Source: the human T2T-CHM13v2.0 reference genome, Homo sapiens
Length of the DNA stretch: 64,000 bases
Reading direction: 5' to 3' (one strand)
Assembly (NCBI RefSeq): GCF_009914755.1
Contig: NC_060934.1
Shown here: positions 27,910-41,001 of the stretch, one piece after another
Layout: each line of letters begins with the position of its first letter
Position numbering within the stretch: position 1 is the first letter of the stretch
Translations under genes and position numbers: made by a program
Notes under the pieces: generated by a model
What the model saw: only the letters and a program-made list of their open reading frames with translations
What the model was told of the DNA's origin: nothing
Databases searched by the model: none

Positions 27910-28680
27910 TAGATCTTACAAACAAAGTACACAATGCAGAAAAAAGTGAAAAGAATTCCCAAGATGCTGTTGAACAAAAGCTGTGCAGAAAGCCAAGCGT
28001 GCACCCAATCCCAATCCAGACTGGAGAAAAACAATGAGCATTCCCAGAGATCATTCTGCAGGGCTAAAAAATAATAATAATAAAGGGAGCTGACTTGTGA
28101 TCTGATGTGTTTGATTATGTGAGAGGCAGCTACTCTTATAAAATCTATTTCAGAAAATTAAGATAAGGAGAAATTAACCAGTTTGCATAATCTGACTAGA
28201 ATAACATTGATATCAAGAATGCACAAAGACTGGCAGAAAAAAGATAATTATAGATTATTGATGAGTATTGTAAAATTTGAGAAAACATATTAGTGAATAA
28301 ATGCAACAAAGTATTAAACTGTCACTATCAATTGACATTTATTCCAGGAATTTAAGGTAGTTCAAAATTTAGAAAATTTTTATATGATCAGCCACAACAA
28401 CAGATTAAAGAAAAAACACATAATTTAAAAGGATTAAAAAGGCACTTAATAAAACTTGGCATTTATTAATTATTGTAAAAAACAAAAATATTTGCAATGT
28501 ATATCTCATAAAGATATTGTATCCAGACTATATCAAGTACTTTATAATTTGATAATAACCAAACAAGCTAAATAAAAAATACATAAAATATTTGAAGAGA
28601 TAATTAAGTGAAAAAATATGCAAATGACAAATAAGCTCATGAAAAGATGCTTGCAAATTAAAACTACGATGATATATCAA

Positions 28681-28815
28681 TTTTTTCTTTTTTGAGACAG
28701 GGTCTCTCTCTGTTGCCTAGATTGGAGTGCAGTGGCATGATCTTGGCTCATCAACCTCCACCTCTCAGGCTCAAGAGATCCTCCCACCTCAGCCTCCTGA
28801 GCAGCTGGGACCACA
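28681..28815 (-). mobile_element. Truncated Alu right monomer (AluJ-like)
   Basis: tttttgagacagggtctc...gctcaagagatcctcccacctcagcctcctgag. Confidence 0.85.
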
Positions 28816-28940
28816 GTCAATACAGTTCTTGAATGACTGAAAGAAAAAAAAAAGGCAATACCAAGTGTTAGCATGAATGAGGAAAAACTGTTATGGCTGG
28901 TGATAACACAAAATGGTATAGCTACCTTGTCTTATTTTAA

Positions 28941-29263
28941 ATTTTTATTTTATTTTATTTTATTTTATTTTTGAGACAGAATCTCTCTCTGTTGCCAGGC
29001 TGTAGCTCAGTGACGTGATCTCGGCTCACTGCAACCTCCGCCTCCTGGGTTCAAGTGATTATCCCACCTCAGCCTCCCAAGTAGCTGGGACTACAGGCGT
29101 GCGCTACCACATCCAGCTAATTTTTTTTGTATTATTTGTATTTTTAGTAGAGACAAGATTTCACCATGTTGGCCAGGATAGTCTCGATCTCCTGACCTCG
29201 TGATCCACCTGCCTCAGCCTCCCAAAGTGCTAGGATTGCAGGCATGAGCCACCACACTCGACC
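28941..29263 (-). mobile_element. AluS (AluSc-like)
   Basis: Full dimer; tgttgccaggctg and caggatagtctcgatctcctgacctcgtgatcc. Confidence 0.85.
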
Positions 29264-29269
29264 TTTCTT

Positions 29270-29474
29270 AAAATTTTTTACTTTTATAGATTTAGGGAGT
29301 ACAAGTATGTTTTTGTGACATGGACATATTGCATAGTGGTGAAATCTGGGCTTTTAGTGTAACCATCACCCAAATAACGAACATTGTACTGAAGAGGCAA
29401 TTTTTCAACCTTCCCCCTCTTCCCACCTTTCAGAGTCTCCGATGTCTACTTTTCCACTCTCTATGTCCATGTGT
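29270..29474 (-). mobile_element. L1MA-type 3' end fragment
   Basis: tagatttagggagtacaagt...catagtggtgaaatctgggcttttagtgtaaccatcaccc; flanking near-repeat atggtatagctac / atggtacagccac. Confidence 0.7.
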
Positions 29475-29632
29475 ATGGTACAGCCACTTTGAAAAAGGGT
29501 GTGGCAGCTCCTTATAAGTTAAACACACACCATACGACTCCTCAGTTGCATGATATTTACTCAAGAGAAATAAAAGCATGCACCCACAAAAGAGCTATAT
29601 GCAATGTTTATAGCAACTTTATTAATAATATT

Positions 29633-30100
29633 TACAGTAATCATGTTTTTATAATTTTCTGTATTCTATGATGCTTTGCTATCTTGGGAATTTATGGACT
29701 CAGGGAGAGACCTTCCCTTCCTGGGTTAGCTAATCCCTAGAGACGGCAAACAATTCATCCTGGGATACTACTCCACTGCCCTAAATCAACCTGAAGCCAC
29801 ATACCAAGAGAAGGAGAGACCACCCCTGCAGCACAGAGCCTGCTAAAATTCTTCACTCAATCCTAAACCTGCTCAGGTTCTTGGCCTGTCTTTCCCATTC
29901 CTTTCTGTGAAAAACCACAATTAAGACTGTGCCTCTGCCCTCTCCTCTCTGCTTCTGCCTCCCGACTGACCCAGGTGCTTCCCTGTGTGGTCCTGCCTAC
30001 CATGGTATGACCCCTTCTCTTGGAAACTGTGAATAACAAAGTACCTTCCCAATGGCAGTTGTCTCCTGATCTGTTGGCTTCACCAAACCTGAAAAACACA
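29633..30100 (+). mobile_element. MER74-like ERVL LTR
   Basis: catgtttttataattttctgtattctatgatgctttg...cccaatggcagttgtctcctgatctgttggc. Confidence 0.7.
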
Positions 30101-30279
30101 ATATCATTGGTACCTTTTCAGGCAGTATTCAATGCTGGAAACACTCAAATGTCTTTTTTTGAATAGATAAGATACTGCGGTGCATTACTACAATGGAATC
30201 CTGCCCAGCCATGAAAAGGCAGGAGCTACTGACAACATGCAACAAAACGATGATGCCAGGTGAAAAAAGAGCCACTGAA

Positions 30280-30435
30280 GGTTGGGATGGTGGCTCACAT
30301 TGAAGGTTGGGATGGTGGCTCACATCTATAATCCCAGCACTCTGGGAGGCTCAGGTTAGGAGATTGCTTAAGTCCAGGAGTTCAAGACCTGGCTGGGCAA
30401 CACAGTAAGACCCTGTCCCCCTGCCCCCTCCCCCA

Positions 30436-30483
<48 letters not shown>

Positions 30484-30628
30484 TAGCCAGGCACGGTGGG
30501 TAACACCTGTGGTTCCAGTTACTTAAAAGGCTGAGGCAGGAGGATTGCTTGAGCCCAGGAGTTCATGGCTGCAGTGAGCTATGATCACCTGGGCATCGGA
30601 GCAAGACTCTATCTAATTTTTTTAAAAA
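30280..30628 (+). mobile_element. AluJ with a duplicated 5' end and (CA)n in place of the linker
   Basis: 25-bp tandem duplication at 30276-30325; (CA)n at ~30437-30480. Confidence 0.85.
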
Positions 30629-30884
30629 AGCCATTCACAAGGGGCTACATGCTCTTTGATTTCATTTATATGACATTCTGGAAAATGCAAAACTAGTAAC
30701 AGAAAGTAAGTCAAGGATTGCCAGGAGCTAGTGGGGACAAGTTTAACTGCAAAGTGCCATAAAGGGATAGTTTAGAGTGATGGAAATCTTCTGTATCTTG
30801 AATGTGGTAGTGATTATGTAGCTGCATGCATTTGTCAAACTCTCTAAAAACAGGCGAAAAGGCTGAATTTTACTAGATATAAAT

Positions 30885-31647
<763 letters not shown>

Positions 31648-31791
31648 AAGAAAATAGATTCTCTTGGATGTCCTATGAGCCACTAGAAATAAGAATGTTT
31701 AGCAAGGTTGCTGAATACAGAATCTATATAGAAAGTAAATCACACACTATCCAACAGTAATGTACAATTAGAAACTACAGGCTTACACAGC

Positions 31792-31812
31792 ATGGCTGGT
31801 GACATTAGGTAG
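31792..31812 (+). promoter_or_regulatory. Homolog of the AMD1 regulatory uORF (MAGDIS), here MAGDIR*
   Basis: ATG GCT GGT GAC ATT AGG TAG, 11 nt from the retrocopy 5' end. Confidence 0.92.
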
Positions 31813-31946
31813 CACTCACTCTACTCTCTCTAATGAGGATACAATGGACTATAAGAGACTGAACTATACCTGCTTCTATTTCCAACAGACTCACATTCAA
31901 CTTTCATTCACACAAACGCACAGCTGGGATAATTTTGTTAGTCTTT

Positions 31947-32271
31947 ATCTATTTTATTTGTGTGCATATATTTATATTTAGAGATGGGGTCTTGCTCAGT
32001 TGCCCAGGCTGGAGGTATGGTAGCTTGATCAGAACTCATTGCAGCCTCCAGCTATTGGGCTCAAGCGATCCTCCTGTCTCAGCCTCCTGAGAGGCTAGGA
32101 CTACAGGCATGTGCCACCATGTCTGACTAATTTTTATTTAAAAAAATGTTTTATAGAGACAGGGTCTTGCCATGTTGCCCAAGCTAGTCTTAAACTCCTG
32201 GCCTCAAGTGATCCTCCCTACTTTGCCTCCCAAAGTGTTTGGATTACTATCATGAGTCACTATAACCTGCC
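31947..32271 (-). mobile_element. AluJ inserted in the AMD1 retrocopy 5'UTR
   Basis: Diverged dimer with gggctcaagcgatcctcctg; flanks agtcttt/agttttt; AMD1 5'UTR resumes at 32272. Confidence 0.9.
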
Positions 32272-32533
32272 AGTTTTTTTTTAAAGCAGTTAATATAAAA
32301 TTATAGCATTAAAAGAAAAGCAACCTGTATTTAGTAACACAGCTGGAACAATCTGCAGGAGTGGTGGCAGTGGCGAGAGAAAAGGTCTAATTTAAACAAT
32401 TTTCTGTAGTTGTTGGTTGTTCACTTTTCTCATGGTGATGACAGTAGACATTTTTTCAAAGGGGACGAGAAGCTGCTGGAGGTTTGCTGCTCCCAAGGAT
32501 CTGGGAATCTTTGCACTACTTCAGGATCTGAGT

Positions 32534-32616
32534 AAGTCGTATTAAAAGTAATGTAAGTTGTATTAAAAGTACGAAAAGTAATGACAAAAACTGTAATTAC
32601 TTTTGCATCAACTGAA
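32534..32616. mobile_element. Rearranged MADE1 (Hsmar1/mariner MITE) inside the AMD1 CDS remnant
   Basis: aaaagtaatgacaaaaactgtaattacttttgcatcaactgaa is one MADE1 arm plus centre; the other arm is missing and the centre is repeated. Confidence 0.8.
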
Positions 32617-33493
32617 CACATTTGATAAATGTGCAATGTTCAATCCTAAGCCTGACAAAAACTGACAAATAGGAAGCTTATGTACGCAGTGAGAGTAGCA
32701 TGTTTGTCTTCAAGAGATGTCTCGTTTTGCAGACATGTGGAACTACCCTCTTTCTGCAAGCACTGGTTCCCATATTGAAGCTTGCTAGACATGACAATGG
32801 GTTTGACTCAATTAAAGTTTCTTTTATTCGCATAAGAATTTCATGAAGCTTCTTCACCAAGGATACTCACGCCAGAATTTCCAGGAAGAAATAGAGATTC
32901 TTAATGCAATTTTCCCAAATGGAGCAGCATATTGTATGAGATGTATGAGTTGTGATGTTGGTACTTATATGTACTGGGTTTCCCAGGGAGTGGGGTAATC
33001 AGTCAGACAGATTAAACCCTGGAAATTCTGATGAGTGTGCTTGACCCAGCAGTTATGGACCAGTTCTGCATGAAAGATGGTGTTACTGTAGATGACGTCA
33101 CTCTCTAGAATGAAATTCATGACTTGATACCAGATCCTGTCATTGAGGCCACACTGTTCAATCCTTGGGGGATCTGATGAATGGAATGAAATAAGATAGA
33201 ACTTATTGGACTATTCATATCACTCCAGAACCAGAATTTTCTTACTTTAGTTTTAAAAGAAACTTAGGTCATACCTCCTATGATGACCTAATCGGGACAA
33301 TTGTGAAAGTCTTCAAGACAGGAAAATTTGTGACCACCTTGTTAGCTAATCAGAGCTCTAAATGTCACACCATGTTTTCTTCACCCCAGCAGACTGAAGG
33401 TTTTAAATGTCTTGATTGCCAGAATGCTGTGTTCAATGATTACAATTTTGTTTTTACCGGTTTTGCAAAGCAGCAATGACAACAGAGACTTGA

Positions 33494-33878
33494 TTAAGAA
33501 AAATGAAGGAAGAAATGCAAAAAGAGAACACATGTAGAAGGGAGTGGCTGCTTTCTAGATGTTCATGCCAGGGACCATGCTTTCTATAACCATCACCTTG
33601 TTGTTGCAGAAAGCCTTAGATATAATCATAGTGCAATCATTTTGAACTGTATGCATTATTATATGAAGGAGTTAGATATCTTGCATGAATGCTCTCTTCT
33701 GTGTTTAGACGTTCTCTATCACTCTTGCTGTGAAATTGAAGTATGTGTAGAAAAAAACACGTTTTATGATATAAAACTTTGCAACACTTGTGAAAACAAT
33801 TCAATTTAGTTTATGTGCAGTATGATATTTCTCCAAGTATCATCCAAAATTTCCCGCACACAATTTTGTCCCAATTAG
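33494..33878 (+). pseudogene. Fossil AMD1 post-stop 'tail' reading frame in the 3'UTR
   Basis: After TGA at 33491-33493 and a +1 shift, the frame 33507-33806 is stop-free for 100 codons; TAG at 33807; the frame then continues to TAG at 33876-33878. Confidence 0.8.
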
Positions 33879-34842
33879 GTGTTGGTCTCCGCCTAACCAT
33901 CTGAGACTGTTCTGTAAAATTGCTGCCAGAATTTTACATCCAATTGCCTCTACTTTCTAGCACACATTCTTTACTGTTACTGAAACCAATTTCTACTTTA
34001 TACAGAATTTTTTGCCACTGTAATTAAAATTTTTCTTCCATGAGTCAAGTCCTCTTATGAAAATGATTTCAGCTACTCATTTTGTGTATGCCTCTTTTAA
34101 CGTTATTGGTCCCTGTATCGGTAGTACTTTAATTCATTTATTCTTTCACCATGATGTATTCCCCAAACCTACCAAATAAAGCAATACACTTAAAAAAAAT
34201 TGCACTAACAAAAGGATCACATTCACAATTAAAAAAAAAAAAAGGTACCTAGAAATAGACTTAACAAGAAACATGCAAGATCTCTGTTGAGGAATGTATA
34301 AAATATTTGTGAAGGACATAAAGAATCCAAATAAGTGAAAATGTATAACTTGCTCATGGTTTGGAGGAAATATGAGAAAAGTGTTCATTTTCCTCAAATT
34401 ACACTGTAAGTTTCATGCAGTCTCAATCAAGATCTGAACAAGGTTTCTGTCAAACTTAAAATGTGCTTCTAAAATTTATACAGAAAACTTACTTACCAAG
34501 AATAGTTACTGCAGTTTTGAAGAATGAACAAAATTGGGGAATTTTAGCCAAAAAAAAATTAGTTTTCTGATTACCTAAAGAATTTGTATGACCCAATCAG
34601 AATAAAACATCCCAATAGGAAAACAAAAATAAGCAACTGATGCAAAGGAAACTAGCATAGCCAAAGCAGTTATGAAAGATTACATCAGGAAAACTCCAGT
34701 TAAAACAATAGACTATTATGTCCTATTCATCTTTTGGGAAAAATTTAAATATCTGACAAAACTATGTTGGTGAGAATTTGGAAAAACAGGAGCACCAATT
34801 CCTGGTGGTGGATGCATAAATGTATACAAATGCTTTGGAAAC

Positions 34843-35204
34843 TGTATTAGTCCATTTTCATGCTGCTGATAAAGACATACCTGAGACTGGGTAATTAATA
34901 AAGAAAAAGAGGTTTAATAGGCTCACAGTTCCTCGTGGCTGGGGAGGCTTCACAATCATGGTAAAAGGTGAAAGGCATGTCTTACATGGCGGCAGGCAAA
35001 GAGGGAATGAGAACCAAGCAAAAGGGGTTTCCTCTTATAAAACCATCAGATCTTGTGAGATTTATTCACTACCATGGGAACAGTATGGGGGTAACCACCC
35101 CATGATTCAATGATCTCCCACGAGGTCCCTCCCATGACACATGGGAATTATGGGAGCTACAATTCAAGATGAGATTTGGGTAAGGGCACAGCCAAATCAT
35201 ATCA
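34843..35204 (-). mobile_element. THE1 solo LTR
   Basis: tgtattagtcc...gccaaatcatatca; TSD gaaac/gaaat. Confidence 0.92.
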
Positions 35205-35690
35205 GAAATCATCTTGAACAATCTAATTGTTGCAAATGCTCTTGCTCAATGATCCAGGAATCCCACTTATAGGTGCAAATCCTGAAGAAACTGGCATTCA
35301 ATGAGATTCATCCGCATTGTTTATATTAGTGAATAAATAGAAACAACCTAAATGTCCACCCACAGGAGAACAGATAAATAAATTGTGGCATAGTTATCTA
35401 ATGCAACATTACATAACAGAAAAAAATGAATACATTGAATCTGTAAGTATGGCATGAGTAAATCTAAAAAATATAATGTTGGGAAGAGGATTAAAAAGCA
35501 AGTTGCAGAATATATAAATTTATCAAATTTACATAAAATTTAAAATGTTCCACCTAATTTCTATGCACTGCTTACATATATTAAAATATGTTTATCAATA
35601 TAAAACCATGGATAAGAATGATAAACATGAGGTCCTCTTACTGGTTAACTGAGGAATAAGTGAATAACATGGATTCAAAAAGGATGGTGT

Positions 35691-36002
35691 GGCCGCGTGT
35701 GGTGGATCACATCTGTAATCACAGCACTTTGGTAGGCCAAGGCAGGTAGATCACCTGAGGTCAGGAGTTCAAGACCAGCCAGACCATCATGGTGAAACTC
35801 CATCTCTACTAAATACAAAAATTAGCCAGGCATGGTGGTGCATGCCTGTAATCCCAGCTGCTTGTGAGGCTCAGGCAGGAGAATTGCTTGATCCTGGGAG
35901 GCAGAGGTTGCAGTGAGCCGAGGTTGCAGTGAGCCAAGATTGCACACTGCACCCTAGCCTGGGAAACAAGAGTGAAACTCGGTCTCAAAAAAAAAAAAAA
36001 AA
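35691..36002 (+). mobile_element. AluS (Sq-like) with an internal 16-bp tandem duplication
   Basis: gaggttgcagtgagcc occurs twice at 35904-35935. Confidence 0.9.
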
Positions 36003-37528
36003 TCGAAAACAAAAAAAGGACAGTGATGAAGGCCTCAACCATGTTTGAAACCTTGTTTCTGTGTTTAAAGTGTCTTACAAAAATGGAGCACTGAGTTTAG
36101 ATTTGAAAGAATTTTTCAATATACTTTATAGGTTATTTTCTGGATGTTTGATATACTTCACAATAAAAATTGAAATAATTTTGTTTCCCACTTTTCCACT
36201 TAATCGTACATTGTAATTTTTTTGTATAACACAGTAATCTTAATACAACTCTTAAATTTTCGCTAGTGTTTCATTGGCTGAATACTAAACCTTTCTCCCT
36301 TAGTTGGACAACTTTCAACTTTCCAGTTGGTTTCAATTTTTCAATATGATAAAACTTCAATCAAATCTTTTCAAAAAGGGCATTTTTCAGTTTTTAAACA
36401 ACTGAATATGAAATGGAGCACTTGAAAAGGGATGAACATGGCAATTGAGAAGAAAAGTTAAGATAAAAACTTTTCTTCTTAGTTGAAAGTTTAAAATCAC
36501 AAATCAACTACTGGAAATAATTTGCAGACATATCCAAAGAAAAGGTAAATAAAGAACATTTAATTATCCTACAAGGAAGCATCTAATTTTACAAAGACAT
36601 ATTAGAGACAAACCACAGCTACATGCAAGTCACTGAATCACAACACAAGATTTCATGTTGTTCATATTCAAAGGCTATTTTTTCAATTGTTTGTCAACCA
36701 CAGTACTCAGCTTTTCCATTGTACATATGCCAACAGTCTCTTCCTAAGTAAAACTGGGCATATGGAACATTTCAGCTCTAAAGTTTGGCCTTTCAAGTTA
36801 TTCAAATATAAAAATAGCCAAAGAATGAAGTTAAAATGGGGGAAAAAAAGTATTTTCCGTTCATGCATTGCTTTCAATTATATGTTCCAGAAAAAAAATT
36901 ACCTTCAGGCTGAGAAAAAGCATGAAAAATTTCAACCTCAAATCTAAATATCAATACTTGTGAAAGTAAAATGCAGAGAAATGTGGTTAGGGCTAACAAT
37001 TACCCATGATCTCGTCTATTTATTTCCTAGTCGTCTTATCTGCCTTTACTCTCAGAGACACACACAGATGCTATATATTTTCCCTCTATAAAATTAATTT
37101 TAATTCTGCAAAAATCTGGGAAGGAGAATGGATTGCAGAGTCAGACTTTAGTTTGAGTTCAATTTTTGCCATTTTATGTTCTATAAACTCAAAAAATACC
37201 TAAATATTTCAGAATTTCACTTTCTCCCATCTCTAAAGTTAGAATATGACTACTTTTGTCTTGCTTTAAGTATTATTTGAAATAAAGTATGGTATAAAAA
37301 TTTAAGTATTAATTAACAATCATGTCACTGTTTATCTAAGGATTTAGCAAGCTGTGTGAAAGCTGTCTAGCCTGCAAAAGGCAGTCAAAAGGTGTTTGTC
37401 CTTTTCCCCTTTCTCTTGGAAAACAAAAAGACATAAAATTATCATCTGCAAAAGTTGTAGTAGTTATGCTACTATGGTATATGCCATTGCTTTATGGAGT
37501 AACTGATTGTTTTCTTTTAAAAATTGCA

Positions 37529-37935
37529 ATGATAGACTGAATAAAGAAAATTTGGTACATATACACCATGGAATATTATGCAGCCATGAAAAAGGAATGA
37601 GAATATATTCTTTTCATGGACATAGATGGAGCTAGAGGCCATTATCCTTAGCAAAATAACACAGGAACAAAAAACCAAATACCGCATGTTCTCACTTATA
37701 AGTGGGAGCTAAATGATGAGAACACATGGACCATAGAGGGGAACAACACATACTGGGGCCTACTGGAGGGTGGAGCGTAGGAGGAGGGAGAGGATCAGGA
37801 AAAATAACTAATTGCTACTAGGCTTAATACCTGGGTGATGAAATAACTCTGTATAACAAACCCCCATGGCATAAGTTTACCTGTGTAACAAACCTGCACT
37901 CGTACCCCTGAACTTAAAATAAAAGTTAAAAAAAA
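37529..37935 (+). mobile_element. 5'-truncated L1 3' end (L1PA13-16-like)
   Basis: ctcacttataagtgggagctaaatgatgag...ccctgaacttaaaataaaagttaaaaaa; TSD aaaaattgca/aaaaattaca. Confidence 0.88.
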
Positions 37936-38666
37936 TTACAGTTGATACCAGTGCTTCACATAGCTCTTTAAATTTATTTGCTCTGAGAGGAATACTGAAT
38001 AGCACCTTCATCAGAATAACCTGTGGTGGTTTTTAAAAAATGCTAATTAATGGCTCACCATAAGCTCCCTGGGAATGTGGCCTAGTGGTATGTATTTGAA
38101 AACAATTGCCCATTTTTGTTTTTTTTTCTGGCAAGCAGTGGCATTTGAAAAAATGCTCCTTCAATGTTTAGGTGAATATGGTCAACAACAACAGGGTTAT
38201 TACAGATGTCTCCCTGTGCTGCTCTGGGAATATTACTACTATTCTATTGTAGACATTAAAGATTAAAGGTTCCTGGGGTAAGTCTTTTATAAAATATTGC
38301 CATGTATTCTCTCGGGAAAAAAATGTGCCTGGCATAGGAGAACACTCAGCTGCATGAATACTTAATAAATTACCAAGAAATGCCTAAACCTTCCATATAC
38401 CAGAATAAAGCTTATGCTCAGAAAGTCTTGTGTTCAGCATGTTTCTTTGTGCAGATTCATGGTTGATTACACCTCGTAGGGGTGGTTTCCATTTTCAGAG
38501 CAGGCCTAGCCAATTATCTCATCAAGAGTCCAAGTCACATGTCACAACACTGAAGGGAAATACCTTCAGAAGGATTTATTCCAACCAGCAGAATCCATAC
38601 TCACTGAACACTGCTGGGCTTCACTTCTCATAGGTGAAGGGCAGGTTTGGGAACTCTTCGTTAAGC

Positions 38667-38964
38667 TTTTTTTATTTTTCTTACAGACAAGGTTGCTCTG
38701 TCACCCAGGCTATATAGTCCAGTGGTATGGTTGTAGCTCACTGCAGCCTCTGTCTCTTAGGCTCAAGCCATCCTCCCACCTCAGCTCCCCGAGTAGCTGG
38801 AACCATAGGTGTGCACCACCAGGCCTGGCTGATTTATTTTATTTTTTGTAGAGACTGGGTCTCACTATGTTGCCAGGCTGGTCTCAAACTCCTGGCCTCA
38901 AGAGGTCCTCCCCTCTCGGCCTCCCAGAGTGCTGAGATTACAGCCATGAGCCACTGTGCCAGTC
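38667..38964 (-). mobile_element. AluJ
   Basis: Reverse dimer with gctcaagccatcctcccacctcagc. Confidence 0.88.
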
Positions 38965-39067
38965 TTTTGTTAAGATTTCTATATGCTTTGTACTAAAGCA
39001 ATATGTGTAACCACTTTTAAGGGCAAAGAAGGAAGTAACTGACTCCAGTAAGATTTTAACAGTGTCA

Positions 39068-39394
39068 GGCTGGGTGCAGTGGCTCACGCCTATAATCTCA
39101 TATTTTGGGAGGCTCAGGTGGGCGGATCACTTGAGGCCAGGATTTTGAGATCAGCCTGGCCAACATGATGAAAACCTGTATCTACTAAAAATAAAATAAA
39201 ATAAATAAAATAAAATAAGCCATGTGCTTGTAATCCTAGCTACTCAGGAGGCTGAGGCATGAGAATTGCTTGAAGCTGGAAGGTGGAGGTTGCAATGAAC
39301 CAAGATGGCACCAGTGCACTCCAGCCTAGGCAACAGAGCAAGACTCTGTCTCAAAAGACAAAGAAAACACAAAGTAAAAAATGAAAACAAAAAA
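39068..39394 (+). mobile_element. Alu (J/S)
   Basis: Dimer with A-rich tail; TSD-like gattttaacagtgt / gattttcatagtgt. Confidence 0.88.
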
Positions 39395-39918
39395 GGATTT
39401 TCATAGTGTTATCTGATTGTTTGGAATAGCTGAGCTGGAGCCCACGCATTTTTAGTGCACACTTATTACCCTGCCTCCCTACCTCCCCACACTAGGACCT
39501 TTTATGTGCTTCCACCTCTTTGTATGCTTAGGTGTTTTTGTTTAGAAACTGGAGGAGAAATAAAAAGTTTGTATGAGTGGAGAAAGATGGAAGAACTGCT
39601 GTGGCATGTTTTTTGCTTCTTCCAGCATCAAGATATTAGACTGTGCTTCTGTCTAGAGTACAGAGATCCTGAGAGAGAGAAAAAAGGCACCTGGTCCTAA
39701 GGGAACTTCTTTGCTGTGAGGCGCAGTATTGAATTAGGCCTCACTCTAGCCCAGGAGAAATAACCATCGGTGCCTTACACCTGCCTGCACCAACGACATG
39801 ATTTCCAATTCAGCTTTCTCAGTTTCATGGTCTTGGAAAACAATTGCTTTCGAGAATGGATCCACACATTTCTGTAACTGTAAAGAGATGTTGCCTTTTG
39901 ACTATAAATAAACCATAG

Positions 39919-40387
<469 letters not shown>

Positions 40388-41001
40388 TGAGCAATTTGAA
40401 ACAAGGCTGTTCTTTAAGCAGGGAGTCTAGTCGAGCTTAACTGGGGTCCACATGAAGGAAAAGACCCAGCTGGTGAGGACTGGGGGTTACCATCCAAGCA
40501 TGCACAAATTGTCAGGTTGACAAAGAAGAGTCATTCAAAACTTCATGAGTAGGGAAATCGTACAGAAAAGTGCAGTGAAAACGTACTAGTCCAGGCTATT
40601 TCAATAATCCAAGCAGAAAGAAATGAAGAGACACCAGTGAGACTGGTAAATGCAGGAAGAGAAAGGCAAATGCTGTTGCCACTTTCAGGACTACACAAAT
40701 CAGGAGATGGGTTGAATTGGAGATGCCAGTGAGTCGTAAGTGGGAGCAAGTCTAGAAGACATGTGAGACACAAACCTAGGAGTGAGATGAAAAGAAGGGG
40801 GAGGTAGACAAGGTTAGGGATAGCAATTTGGGAGTTATTGATCATTACATGGGAGTTTTTACTGCTTGGTGCCAGGTATTTTTCTCAGCTCGAGACTGAT
40901 ACTTAGCTTTGCTTTCCTCAATGAGCAGTCTCCCGAGGACTCAGCCTCTTTTTCTCCTGTTCTTTCATATACAGTGCTTTTCCTTCCCCTCTCTTACCTG
41001 C

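Larger units (their letters stand above)
31781..34199 (+). pseudogene. AMD1: Processed pseudogene (full-length retrocopy) of AMD1, S-adenosylmethionine decarboxylase; specific AMD1P number not assignable
   Basis: Intronless. 5'UTR gcttacacagcatggctggtgacattag. Decayed CDS 32438-33493 contains HFF.G.EKLLEV, YV.SESSMFV (E/S cleavage site at 32691-32696), [46 protein letters not shown] and [15 protein letters not shown]. Stops at 32670, 33013 and 33106, plus frameshifts. AATAAA at 34175 and A-tail at 34192-34199. Confidence 0.97.

Noticed and set aside
32432-33493. Functional AMD1 retrogene
   Set aside because: Frameshift right after the ATG, a 21-nt deletion, a MADE1 insertion and multiple stops, despite the retained ESS and TCG motifs.
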